Part shown: one piece after another, positions 30,370-40,005 of the stretch
Position numbering within the stretch: position 1 is the stretch's first letter
Layout: every line of letters begins with the position of its first letter
NCBI GenBank assembly: GCA_903960135.1
Contig: CAJBZP010000022.1
Coordinates: forward strand, 771-64,770
Origin: an uncultured Actinomycetes bacterium
GTDB lineage: Bacteria; Actinomycetota; Actinomycetes; S36-B12
DNA length: 64,000 nt
Direction of reading: 5' to 3'
Notes under the pieces: model-generated
Databases searched by the model: none
What the model saw: only the letters and a program-made list of their open reading frames with translations
Told to the model about the DNA's origin: nothing
Program-made: the position numbers and the translations under genes

Positions 30370-31353
30370 TTGAGTAAGACGGGGGTCATCGACGGCCCTG
30401 CGGCCTTAGCCTCCGACGAAGTTGCCAGTCGATCCCTTCGGCAGATTGTGTGGGCGCGCCTGCGCCGCGATCGGTTGGCGATGGTCTGTTTGATCATCTT
30501 GATCTTTTTGTACTTGATTGCGATTTTTGCCCCCCTTATCTGCGACCTGCTGGGCGTTGACCCATATTCATTCGACAAGGAGTCCATCAGCGATAGCGGC
30601 GGCGGCCCGGTGGGCGCATGGGGCGGTATCAGCACCGAGCACCCACTCGGGGTCGAATGGGGAACAGGGCGCGATATTTTCGCGCAGTTGCTCTATGGGC
30701 TGCGCATCTCGCTACTGATTGCCACCACCGCGACGATCCTCACGGTCTTCTTCGGCACCGTCCTAGGCATTGTCTCTGGATACGCGCGCGGCAAGACCGA
30801 CGCCGTCATCGGCCGGATCATGGATCTAATTCTTGCTTTCCCGTTCCTGTTAATCATTTTGGCGCTGTCCGGGGTCCTGACACAGCGCCTCACCGATCTG
30901 GGTGTGCCTGATGGCAACCCATCGCGCATCATGTACTTGATCATCGTGTTGAGTATTTTTGGCTGGCCTTATCTGGCGCGCATTGTTCGTGGGCAAGTAT
31001 TGAGTGTGCGCGAGCGTGAATTTGTTGAAGCTTCAATCGCGATGGGGGCTAGCCGCTACCGCATCTTATTTAAGGAAATCCTGCCTAACCTGTGGGCACC
31101 GATTTTGGTCTACGCAACTTTGACCCTGCCAACCTACATCGGCACCGAGGCGGCGCTGTCATTTCTTGGAATCGGCGTATTACCACCGGATACTTCATTC
31201 GGTGGCATGTTAGGTAATTCGGTGAGTTACTTCAGTGTGGTGCCCTCCTATCTGTTTATTCCAGGCACGGTCCTGGTTGTCTTGGTAGTGACGTTTAACC
31301 TCGTCGGGGACGCTGTCCGCGATGCCTTAGACCCCCGTGCCGGACGGGTGTGA
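30370..31353 (+). CDS. peptide ABC transporter permease (OppC/DppC type)
   Basis: 327 aa with six TM helices and an EAA-like loop (REREFVEASIAMGAS). Confidence 0.85.
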   Translation: MSKTGVIDGPAALASDEVASRSLRQIVWARLRRDRLAMVCLIILIFLYLIAIFAPLICDLLGVDPYSFDKESISDSGGGPVGAWGGISTEHPLGVEWGTGRDIFAQLLYGLRISLLIATTATILTVFFGTVLGIVSGYARGKTDAVIGRIMDLILAFPFLLIILALSGVLTQRLTDLGVPDGNPSRIMYLIIVLSIFGWPYLARIVRGQVLSVREREFVEASIAMGASRYRILFKEILPNLWAPILVYATLTLPTYIGTEAALSFLGIGVLPPDTSFGGMLGNSVSYFSVVPSYLFIPGTVLVVLVVTFNLVGDAVRDALDPRAGRV

Positions 31354-31467
31354 GCCACATGCTCACGCTTTCGGCAGCTAACAAGGTCCGTAACCGCGTT
31401 GCCGGAAGGCGACGGGGACGCGATGTCATGGGCGAAGGAAACTTAGCCCGAATTATTGGGAGGAAAT

Positions 31468-33216
31468 ATGGGCAAGGCCAATAAGAGCCTGCGCTTAGCT
31501 GCGGTAGGTGCAGTCGCTGCACTTGCACTTGCCGCCTGCGGTGGAGGCAGTAGTTCAACTGATGCAAGTGGCGGTGCTGAACCCACCAAGGGTGGCACCC
31601 TTTATTACCTAACGAATGCGGAGCAGTTCGATCAGATCGATCCGCAGCGCATCTACACGGGTGAGGATCTGGCCTTCTTCAATGGCACGATCTATCGGAC
31701 CCTCACCGCGTACAAGTTCTCCCCGGATGCGGCTGAAGGCACGTCGATCGTTGCTGACCTGGCAACTGACACCGGAACTGCGACAAACGGTGGAAAGACT
31801 TGGGAGTTCACCATCCGTGATGGGGCTACCTTCCAAGATGGTTCCCCGGTTACCTGTGCAGACGTTGCCTATGGCACCTCGCGTACCTTTGCAACCGATG
31901 TCATCACCGGCGGCCCGACCTACGCCATCTCGATGCTGGACATCCCAACCCTCGAGGATGGTTCATCGGCCTATAAGGGCCCGTACACCGGCGAGGGCCA
32001 GGAGCTGTTCGATAAGGCGGTTACCTGCTCGGCCGATGGCAAGACCATCACGTTCAATCTGAGCCGCCCGGTTCCGGATTTCAACTACACGGTAACCCTG
32101 ACCGCCTTCGCACCAGTACCAAAGGCATCGGATACCGGTGAGAAGTACGGTGATGCGCCGGTCTCCTCCGGCCCATACAAGATCGAGTCGAATAAGAACG
32201 GCAAGGGCGGAAAGATGGTCCTGGTTCGTAACGACAAGTGGGATCCCGCCAGCGATGATTACCGCAAGGCCTATCCCGATACCTGGGAAGTTGACTACGG
32301 CCTTGATGTCAAGGTGATCGATCAGCGCCTCATCACCAGTTCGGGCAATGACGCCACCGCACTCGCCAACGGCGTTGAGCCGGAGCAATTGGGAGTGATC
32401 TACAAGAGCGCCACCGAAGCCAATCCGGAGTTCGCGGGTCGGGCTATCAGTGAGCTGGATCCGTATGTGCGGTACCTCGCGATCAACGTGCAAAAGGTGC
32501 CGAACTTGAAGATCCGCCAGGCAATTGCGGTGGCACTTGACCGTGATGCACTGCGCAAGAATGCCGGTGGCGATTTTGCCGGTGACTATGCAGATGGCGT
32601 GATCAAGCCCAATATGGGTGTCGACTATGCGCCTAGCGGCATGTGGGACAGCCTGCTCGGGGGCAAGATCCCAGATGCCGGCGATCCGGAGCTGGCGAAG
32701 AAGCTGATCGCCGAATCCGGTGAAGCCGCACCGACGATCACCTTCGATTACCCGCAGTCGCCAACTGCTGACAAGGCAGCAGCGATTGTTGTCGATTCAC
32801 TCGGCAAGGCTGGCATCACCGCCAAGCCGAACCCGATTGAGCCAGGCCAGTACTACGGCGTGGTCTTCGATCCGGAGCAAGCACATGAATTAATCAACGC
32901 AGGTTGGGGTCCTGACTGGCCGAACGCATCGACCATCATCCCCGAACTGTTCACACCAACGGGTGGCTTCAACCTCTCGCAGTATGACAACGCGGAGTTC
33001 AACGCCGCTGTCGAAGCGGCGAAGATCGAGCCAGACCGCGCAAAGCAGGCCAAGATGTGGCAAGACCTGAACACCTTGGCGATGAAGGATGTCGTTGTCG
33101 TGCCAACCAGGTTTGGCCGTGAGCAGCGCATCGTTGGCAAGCAGATTGGCCCGGTGTACCTGTGGCCCGCCTACGGCTCATGGCCGTATGGCGACATGTA
33201 CGCGGTTCAGCAGTAA
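31468..33216 (+). CDS. peptide ABC transporter substrate-binding lipoprotein (family 5)
   Basis: ATG 31468 follows GGGAGGAAAT. Lipobox LALAACGG. SBP_bac_5-like body. Confidence 0.85.
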   Translation: MGKANKSLRLAAVGAVAALALAACGGGSSSTDASGGAEPTKGGTLYYLTNAEQFDQIDPQRIYTGEDLAFFNGTIYRTLTAYKFSPDAAEGTSIVADLATDTGTATNGGKTWEFTIRDGATFQDGSPVTCADVAYGTSRTFATDVITGGPTYAISMLDIPTLEDGSSAYKGPYTGEGQELFDKAVTCSADGKTITFNLSRPVPDFNYTVTLTAFAPVPKASDTGEKYGDAPVSSGPYKIESNKNGKGGKMVLVRNDKWDPASDDYRKAYPDTWEVDYGLDVKVIDQRLITSSGNDATALANGVEPEQLGVIYKSATEANPEFAGRAISELDPYVRYLAINVQKVPNLKIRQAIAVALDRDALRKNAGGDFAGDYADGVIKPNMGVDYAPSGMWDSLLGGKIPDAGDPELAKKLIAESGEAAPTITFDYPQSPTADKAAAIVVDSLGKAGITAKPNPIEPGQYYGVVFDPEQAHELINAGWGPDWPNASTIIPELFTPTGGFNLSQYDNAEFNAAVEAAKIEPDRAKQAKMWQDLNTLAMKDVVVVPTRFGREQRIVGKQIGPVYLWPAYGSWPYGDMYAVQQ

Positions 33217-33223
33217 TCAAGCC

Positions 33224-33252
33224 GGAGGGCGGGTGCTCAGCACCCGCCCTCC
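33224..33252 (+). terminator. perfect 13-bp GC-rich hairpin after the binding-protein gene (attenuator or mRNA stabiliser, no U tract)
   Basis: GGAGGGCGGGTGC-TCA-GCACCCGCCCTCC, 8 nt after the stop codon. Confidence 0.45.
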
Positions 33253-33315
33253 GCGACTGCCGCCAAGTCACCTGCGACGCGATTGCGCGTCCCTAGCGGA
33301 TAGGCCGATTCGAAG

Positions 33316-34311
33316 ATGAGTGCTTATGTAGTCCGACGAGTGATCAGCATGATCATTTTGTTGCTACTGCTAACACTTGTGGTTTTCATTCTTTTCAGCT
33401 TGCTGCCGGCAGATCCAGCACGCCTGACCTGCGGTAAGGGCTGCACCCCGGCGGTGCTCGAGGCCAATCGACACAAACTCGGGTTGGACTTACCGGTAAT
33501 CCAGCAGTATTGGGAGTTCATGAAGGGGCTGTTTGTCGGCCGCATCTACGCTGCCGACTCACCGGACCCGGTGGTGTGCAACGCCCCGTGCCTTGGCTAC
33601 TCCTTCAAGCGCGGTGAAGAAGTCCTCGTACTGATCAAGGATCGCCTACCGGCCACCATCTGGTTGGCGCTTGGTGCATTCATCCTTTGGTTGGCCGCCG
33701 GCATTTCGGTTGGCGTCTACGCAGCCTTGCGTCGGGGTAGGTGGCAGGACAAAACGGTGATGGGCATCTCACTGGCCGGCTACTCCCTGCCCTCGTTCTT
33801 CTTGGGGTTGATGGCGATCTTCTTTATCGTGATTCGGCTGCAACTCTTGCCGTATCCGTCCTATGTGTCGCCGTTTGAGAATCCCATTCAGTTCTTTCAG
33901 ACCATGCTATTGCCGTGGATCGTGTTAGCGATCCTCTACGCCGCCTTCTACATGCGATTAACGCGCAATCAAATGCTCGAAGTATTAGGCGAGGATTACA
34001 TCCGCACGGCGCGGGCCAAAGGCCTGCCGGAGCGCATTGTCATCCGAAAGCACGCCTTGCGGGCCGGCTTGACCCCGATTGTTACGGCAGCGGGGCTTGA
34101 CCTTGCGGGCCTACTCGGTGGGGCGATCATCACCGAGAGCATTTTTAGCCTGCCAGGGCTCGGTTCTCTCGCAGTCAACTCGGTAAATGATGCCGATCTG
34201 CCGGTGATCGTTGGCATCACCTTGGTGACAGCAACCTTCATTATCGTGGCCAATCTCATTGTCGATTTGCTCTATGCCGTAATCGACCCTCGGGTCAGGT
34301 TGGTCTCATGA
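33316..34311 (+). CDS. peptide ABC transporter permease (OppB/DppB type)
   Basis: 331 aa with EDYIRTARAKGL, the EAA motif typical of OppB/DppB. Confidence 0.85.
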   Translation: MSAYVVRRVISMIILLLLLTLVVFILFSLLPADPARLTCGKGCTPAVLEANRHKLGLDLPVIQQYWEFMKGLFVGRIYAADSPDPVVCNAPCLGYSFKRGEEVLVLIKDRLPATIWLALGAFILWLAAGISVGVYAALRRGRWQDKTVMGISLAGYSLPSFFLGLMAIFFIVIRLQLLPYPSYVSPFENPIQFFQTMLLPWIVLAILYAAFYMRLTRNQMLEVLGEDYIRTARAKGLPERIVIRKHALRAGLTPIVTAAGLDLAGLLGGAIITESIFSLPGLGSLAVNSVNDADLPVIVGITLVTATFIIVANLIVDLLYAVIDPRVRLVS

Positions 34312-35363
34312 CCGAATATTCGAACTTGCGGCGCGCCTTCTTGGAGGTTTCGGATCTATCGGTCCAGTTCCCAACCGAAGACGGCATCGTTCGCGCGGTG
34401 GATGGTGTTAGCTTTTCCATCGAGCGCGGGCAGACTCTAGCTATCGTGGGTGAGTCCGGCTCCGGCAAGAGTGTGACAGCCCAAGCGGTGATGGGCTTGA
34501 TCAACAAGCGCAATGCCGATGTCAGCGGGCAGGTGATTTTTGACGGCGAAGACTTAGTGGCCATGTCAGATGAAGACTTGCGCAAGTTGCGAGGCAACAA
34601 AATGTCGATGATTTTTCAGGATCCGATGTCTAGCCTGCACCCGTTTTATCGGATCGGCGATCAATTAACCGAAGCCATTAATGCACACCAGAAGGTGTCG
34701 AAGACTGATGCCCGCGACCGCGCAATTGAGATGTTGCACAAAGTCGGTATCCCGTTACCGGCAAAGCGGTTCGATGATTATCCGCACCAGTTCTCTGGTG
34801 GGATGCGGCAACGGGTAATGATCGCAATGGCGCTCATCAACTCACCCTCCTTGTTGATAGCCGATGAGCCAACTACTGCGCTAGATGTCACGGTGCAGGC
34901 GCAGATCATTGAACTCATTTCGCAGCTACAGCGCGAGTTTGACACCGCGGTCATTCTGATCACCCACGATCTAGGGATCGTGGCGGATGTAGCAGATGAA
35001 GTTGCGGTGATGTATGGCGCGCGCGTCGTCGAGCACGGTGCCGTCGACGACATCTTTTATCACCCGCAGATGCCGTACACTCTTGGACTCTTGGCATCGG
35101 TGCCGCGGCTGACTCAGGTGCGTAGCGATCGACTTGACCCGATACCGGGTAATCCGCCCTCGCCACTTCGATTACCTACCGGCTGCGTATTTCAGCCACG
35201 GTGCGTTTATCAAGATGAAGTTGTCGGCGACTTGTGCCGCACCCAGCGGCCCGACTTGGAAAGTGTCGGGCCCGGGCATGAAGTGCGATGCCACCTGCCG
35301 GCTGCCAAGCGCCAAGCGGCGGCCGAGGTGGCCTTAGCGGCGCTGGGGAGGTCGAGCTCATGA
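34308..35363 (+). CDS. peptide ABC transporter ATP-binding protein (OppD/DppD type)
   Basis: Walker A GESGSGKS, signature FSGGMRQR, oligopeptide C-terminal Cys motif. Confidence 0.9.
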   Translation: MTEYSNLRRAFLEVSDLSVQFPTEDGIVRAVDGVSFSIERGQTLAIVGESGSGKSVTAQAVMGLINKRNADVSGQVIFDGEDLVAMSDEDLRKLRGNKMSMIFQDPMSSLHPFYRIGDQLTEAINAHQKVSKTDARDRAIEMLHKVGIPLPAKRFDDYPHQFSGGMRQRVMIAMALINSPSLLIADEPTTALDVTVQAQIIELISQLQREFDTAVILITHDLGIVADVADEVAVMYGARVVEHGAVDDIFYHPQMPYTLGLLASVPRLTQVRSDRLDPIPGNPPSPLRLPTGCVFQPRCVYQDEVVGDLCRTQRPDLESVGPGHEVRCHLPAAKRQAAAEVALAALGRSSS

Positions 35364-36535
35364 GCCAGTCGGTGGAGCCGGCGGCTGGGGTGCCGGCATT
35401 AAGGGTAAGTGACCTTCGGACCTACTTCCCGGTGCGATCCAAAGGTTTGTTCCCAAAGACCATCGGCCAGGTAAAAGCCGTAGATGGGGTCAGTTTCGAG
35501 GTATACCCAGGTGAGACTTTGGGTTTAGTCGGGGAGAGTGGGTGCGGTAAGTCAACAACTGGGCGCAGTGTCCTGCGGCTGATTGAGCCAACAAGTGGGC
35601 GCATTGAGTTTGACGGGGTTGACGTAACGGGCCTGTCCAGCAAGGAGATGGTGCCTGTTCGCCGAAAGGCGGCAATGATCTTCCAAGATCCGTACAACGC
35701 CCTGAACCCGCGGCACACAGTCGGCGCGATCATCAGTGCACCATTCGCAGTGCAGGGAGTCAAGCCTCCTGGTGGAGTCAAGGCCGCGGTTCAAGAACTC
35801 ATGGAGCGCGTCGGCCTGAATCCGGAGCACTACAACCGGTACCCCGCTGAATTCTCGGGGGGACAGCGCCAGCGCATCGGTATTGCGCGAGCGGTGGCAC
35901 TACGACCTAAGTTCATCGTCTGCGATGAGCCGGTTTCGGCCCTTGATGTGTCGATCCAAGCGCAAGTAATCAATCTGCTGCGCGACCTGCAAGATGAGTT
36001 TGGGATCGCGTACCTCTTTGTAGCGCACGATCTTGCGGTTGTTCGCCAGATCTCAAATCGAGTGGCCGTGATGTATTTGGGTCAGGTGATGGAACTTGCA
36101 ACGCGGGAAGATCTCTACGCGCGGCCACTTCACCCTTACACCCATGCGCTCCTCTCGGCGATCCCGGTACCGGACCCGCGTGCCCAAAAACAGCGTGAGC
36201 ACATCATGTTGTCCGGGGATCTACCGAGCCCGGCGGCTCCACCGACCGGATGTGTTTTTCACACCCGGTGTTTCCAGGCACAGGAAATCTGCGCGTCCGA
36301 GAAGCCAGCCCTTGTCGAGCCCACGACTGGGCACCACGTGGCGTGCCACTTCCCGATTTTGGAGTTCTTGGGCACCAAGGAGATCCTCGGGCCAGATCCG
36401 GGGTTGACACCGCGGGCGGGCGGTTCGCTAGCTGGTGCGGCTGCTGGGTCGAATGATCTGATCCGGGAGATCGGCACGGACTACGGAGTAGGACCGGACA
36501 CACCGATTGACCCGGGCCCGAGCATTTGGCGGTGA
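35360..36535 (+). CDS. peptide ABC transporter ATP-binding protein (OppF/DppF type)
   Basis: The ATG at 35360 overlaps the upstream TGA (ATGA). Walker A GESGCGKST, signature FSGGQRQR. Confidence 0.9.
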   Translation: MSQSVEPAAGVPALRVSDLRTYFPVRSKGLFPKTIGQVKAVDGVSFEVYPGETLGLVGESGCGKSTTGRSVLRLIEPTSGRIEFDGVDVTGLSSKEMVPVRRKAAMIFQDPYNALNPRHTVGAIISAPFAVQGVKPPGGVKAAVQELMERVGLNPEHYNRYPAEFSGGQRQRIGIARAVALRPKFIVCDEPVSALDVSIQAQVINLLRDLQDEFGIAYLFVAHDLAVVRQISNRVAVMYLGQVMELATREDLYARPLHPYTHALLSAIPVPDPRAQKQREHIMLSGDLPSPAAPPTGCVFHTRCFQAQEICASEKPALVEPTTGHHVACHFPILEFLGTKEILGPDPGLTPRAGGSLAGAAAGSNDLIREIGTDYGVGPDTPIDPGPSIWR

Positions 36536-36537
36536 AG

Positions 36538-38625
36538 TCACTGCAGATGAGTGGTAAAGAAATCGACTTCGGCCCGCAGTAAGTTTTCGGCGACGATCTC
36601 CTGGGGTGTCATGTGGGTTACCCCGCTTAACGGCAGCACGGAGTGCGTTCGGCCGGCCGCTAGCAGTGCGCTAGAGAACTGCAAGGTGTGCGCCGCGAGC
36701 ACATTGTCGTCGGCCAGCCCGTGGATGAGCAGCAACGGGCGCTGAAGTTTGTGCGCCCTGGTCAGTAGTGATGATTGGTCGTAGGCCGCCGGCGCGGTGT
36801 TTGGGTCCCCAAGGTAGCGCTCGGTGTAGGCGGTGTCGTAGAGGCGCCACTCGGTGACGGGTGCCCCGGCTACCGCGCAACAGAAGATATCTGGGCGCTC
36901 GAGAACGGCTAGGGCGGCAAGGTAGCCGCCGAAGGACCAGCCGACTATTCCGACTCGGGTGCGGTCAAGGTCTGGGAGTTCGTCGCCGAGGGCCGCGAGG
37001 GCCGAGACCTGATCGGCCAAGATGCCTAGGGCTAGGTCAGCTTGTATCAGGCGCTCCCAGGCGGGCCCACGCCCCGGCGTGCCGCGCCCATCGACGACCA
37101 CCACCGCGAACCCTTGGTCAGCCAACCATTGATCGGATGCGTGGCCGCCGGCAATGTGGGTGACCATCTGGGCATGCGGGCCGCCATACGGGGACATGAT
37201 CACCGGGAGCTTTCGCGAACCCGTGACATGGCCGGTTGGCCAGAACACGCAGGTGCGCAATTTGCTGGCGCCAACGGTGCTGAAGTTGGGCCTGATAGCC
37301 ACATTCGGTGTTTGCGCGTGCGAAGTAATGGAGTGCACTCCCGAGGAATGCACAACGGTGAACTCGACCCGTGGCGAAATTGAGTTAGCGCTCGCCAATG
37401 CGTAAGTATCGCCGTCAGCAACGGCATTATTCCAGCTTGCTCCCGAGGTGAGCGACGTAGTTACGCCGTCGTTGGTAATTCGGTAGAGATGTTGTTCCAT
37501 CGGGTCCGGGGAGGCGACTGCGAGAACACCGCCGGCCGATGAGTCGACAATTGCATTAATCTGCAATCCACCCGGTGAGATGAATACGCCATCACGGGTG
37601 ATTCGGTTGGTATCAGATTCTGCATCGACAATGATTTCAATTAGTGCACCATCGGTGTCGAGGTACGGCAGTTCACCATGAATATCAATCCATGCCGGAT
37701 CCGTTCGCACGGCGCGTTCGGTCATGGCCCCGGCTTTCAGGTCGACCTGATTGATGCTTACTGTTCGTTGATCTCGCGATAGCACACTTACTACGCTGCC
37801 AACTTCATTGACTGCAACCGTTGCTAAATAAGGGAATTTGACGAGATCCCAGGTCAGTTGGGTGCGGGTACCGTCGAGTGCAACCAACCAAAGTTCAACA
37901 ATCGGGTTGGGTTCACCGGCTGCAGGATAACGATGGGCAACCGGCTCGCTAGTGGGCTTTGCTGGATCACTTATCCACCGGACTTCAACCGGTGAGTCAT
38001 CCGAGCGTTCAACAATCAACCCGGACCCGTCGGGCAGCCACCAGTAGCCGCGTAACCTTTCAAGTTCCTCGGCAGCGATGAAATCAGCCAACCCCCAAGT
38101 TTCGGTATCACTAGTTGACTCGCAAAGCAATTGCGGTTGTGCATCTAGATCGTGTGCATCGATAATCCAGAGCGAGCCATCGACCACATAGGCAACATGC
38201 TGGCCGTCGGGGCTGACGCGTGGATCGGTAACCGAACCGGGTGCTGCCAGCTCTCGAGTTCGAATTGCTGGGTCGAGCACACTCACATAAGGGATCCCGG
38301 AAATCGCGAAGGCGAGCGCCGTGCCTGATTTGGTGGCGGTGAAATGGGTGATACCTGAGGTCACCTCGCGCATTCGTTCGCGGCGGGCGCGCTCAGCAGC
38401 GGGGAGATCACCGGTTGTCAGCAGCGTTGCTGCATCAACCAAACAAACCTCGGTCGGCGGCTGCGTCGTCAGATCAAGTTGCCAAAGACTGCCCGCCGGG
38501 TCAATCCCACTGCTGCTTCGGATGAACAGCACCCGGTCGCCAATGACCTTTAGGCCCCGAGGGCGACCCAATTGAAATCCGCGGGTCCGGGCCTTTTGTC
38601 GCGGGAAGGGTTCGGGTGTGTTCAC
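36538..38625 (-). CDS. S9 family serine peptidase (dipeptidyl aminopeptidase / prolyl oligopeptidase-like)
   Basis: 695 aa with a beta-propeller N-terminal part and the nucleophile motif GWSFGGY. Confidence 0.85.
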   Translation of the reverse strand: MNTPEPFPRQKARTRGFQLGRPRGLKVIGDRVLFIRSSSGIDPAGSLWQLDLTTQPPTEVCLVDAATLLTTGDLPAAERARRERMREVTSGITHFTATKSGTALAFAISGIPYVSVLDPAIRTRELAAPGSVTDPRVSPDGQHVAYVVDGSLWIIDAHDLDAQPQLLCESTSDTETWGLADFIAAEELERLRGYWWLPDGSGLIVERSDDSPVEVRWISDPAKPTSEPVAHRYPAAGEPNPIVELWLVALDGTRTQLTWDLVKFPYLATVAVNEVGSVVSVLSRDQRTVSINQVDLKAGAMTERAVRTDPAWIDIHGELPYLDTDGALIEIIVDAESDTNRITRDGVFISPGGLQINAIVDSSAGGVLAVASPDPMEQHLYRITNDGVTTSLTSGASWNNAVADGDTYALASANSISPRVEFTVVHSSGVHSITSHAQTPNVAIRPNFSTVGASKLRTCVFWPTGHVTGSRKLPVIMSPYGGPHAQMVTHIAGGHASDQWLADQGFAVVVVDGRGTPGRGPAWERLIQADLALGILADQVSALAALGDELPDLDRTRVGIVGWSFGGYLAALAVLERPDIFCCAVAGAPVTEWRLYDTAYTERYLGDPNTAPAAYDQSSLLTRAHKLQRPLLLIHGLADDNVLAAHTLQFSSALLAAGRTHSVLPLSGVTHMTPQEIVAENLLRAEVDFFTTHLQ

Positions 38626-38669
38626 CTACGCATCGTGCCGCATTGGGTATGGGTCACTAATCTTCGGGG

Positions 38670-39551
38670 ATGAGTAGACGCCTAATGCTGGTCCACGCCC
38701 ACCCGGATGATGAAACCATCGGCACCGGGGTGACCATGGCCAAGTACGTGGCCGAGGGGGCTGAAGTCACCTTGGTCACCTGCACCCTCGGCGAGGAGGG
38801 CGAGATCTTGCTCGACGAGTTCGCGCACTTAGCGGCCGATAAGGATGACGCCCTAGGTGCCCACCGGTTAACCGAACTTGGCGCGGCGATGGCTGAACTG
38901 GGCGTGGTGGATTGGCGTCTACTGGGCGGCCCGGGCCGGTTTCGTGACTCGGGGATGGTGGGCACGGCCAGTAATGCGAATCCCGAGTGCTTCTGGCGCA
39001 CCGATTTGCTCGTAGCCGCATCCGAACTGGTGCAGGTCATCCGGCAGGTGCGACCGCAGGTGGTCGTGACTTATGACGACTTCGGCGGCTACGGGCATCC
39101 AGACCACATCCAGGCGCACCGCGTAACCCACTACGCGGTCACCCTCGCTGCCAGTTCCACGTTCGGCCCGGAGCTCGGGCCACCTTGGCAGGTGACGAAG
39201 GTTTACTGGACAGCTTTCCCAAAAAGTGTCATTCGAGCGGGCATTGAAGCGATGAAGGCAGCCGGTGGTGAGCACGCTGAGTCGGAGTTTGCAGTGATGG
39301 ACCCGGACGACATCCCGTTCGCCTGCGATGACGACTTGGTAACCACGACCATCGTTGCCCCGGAGTTCTTGCCGGCGAAAATGGCGGCGCTGCGAGCCCA
39401 CGGTACCCAGGTTGATGTCAGCGGTGGGTTCTTCGCCCTGGCCGACAATGTTGGCGCCGAGGCGTTCGGTACCGAGTTTTACCGCTTGGCGCTGGGACCG
39501 ATCTCGACGACCCGGCCCGAGACCGACCTCTTTGCGGGTATTTCTACGTGA
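38670..39551 (+). CDS. mshB: LmbE-family deacetylase, probably mycothiol biosynthesis MshB
   Basis: LMLVHAHPDDETIGTG and HPDH motifs. 293 aa. Followed by the small membrane protein usually seen after mshB. Confidence 0.75.
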   Translation: MSRRLMLVHAHPDDETIGTGVTMAKYVAEGAEVTLVTCTLGEEGEILLDEFAHLAADKDDALGAHRLTELGAAMAELGVVDWRLLGGPGRFRDSGMVGTASNANPECFWRTDLLVAASELVQVIRQVRPQVVVTYDDFGGYGHPDHIQAHRVTHYAVTLAASSTFGPELGPPWQVTKVYWTAFPKSVIRAGIEAMKAAGGEHAESEFAVMDPDDIPFACDDDLVTTTIVAPEFLPAKMAALRAHGTQVDVSGGFFALADNVGAEAFGTEFYRLALGPISTTRPETDLFAGIST

Positions 39552-39928
39552 CCCGGCTGCTCCTTCTTGCCGCCTTGTTCGTGATCGGGCTGGCCACCGG
39601 CCTACTCGGTGCGTTCGTGCAGGCGAGCCGGTTGGTCACCACCTGGCCATGGGGTCAGCTGGTTGTCCCCTGGGGGGTGGCCCTGGTCGTGCTGCTCCTC
39701 TTGGTCTTGATTCGCGGTGGGGCTTGGCTGCTGCGCAGCCGGCTCGGGGCCTGGTCGGTACTCACCGGTTGGCTGCTGGGCACCATCGTCATGTCAACTC
39801 CATCCCCATCGGGTGATCTTTTGCTCGCTGGCGGAACCCGGCAGTGGGTTTACTTACTAGGCGGGGTCATACTTGGTGCGGCGGTGGCAACTTTCCCGGT
39901 GATCGAATCGCAATCACGCTTGCGTTGA
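39548..39928 (+). CDS. small integral membrane protein (DUF6113-like)
   Basis: 126 aa with four hydrophobic segments. 4-nt overlap with mshB. Confidence 0.5.
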   Translation: MTRLLLLAALFVIGLATGLLGAFVQASRLVTTWPWGQLVVPWGVALVVLLLLVLIRGGAWLLRSRLGAWSVLTGWLLGTIVMSTPSPSGDLLLAGGTRQWVYLLGGVILGAAVATFPVIESQSRLR

Positions 39929-40005
39929 TTTATCGCAAATGTCGCTTACCATCAAGGTCACATCTACTTCGCACTGCGAACGAAAATCGGTAAGGGGTTG
40001 CCCGC

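Noticed and set aside
35288-35359. N-terminal extension of the second peptide-transporter ATPase (track start 35288)
   Set aside because: The extension lies inside the upstream ATPase gene. The ATG at 35360 forms an ATGA overlap and gives a normal N-terminus.
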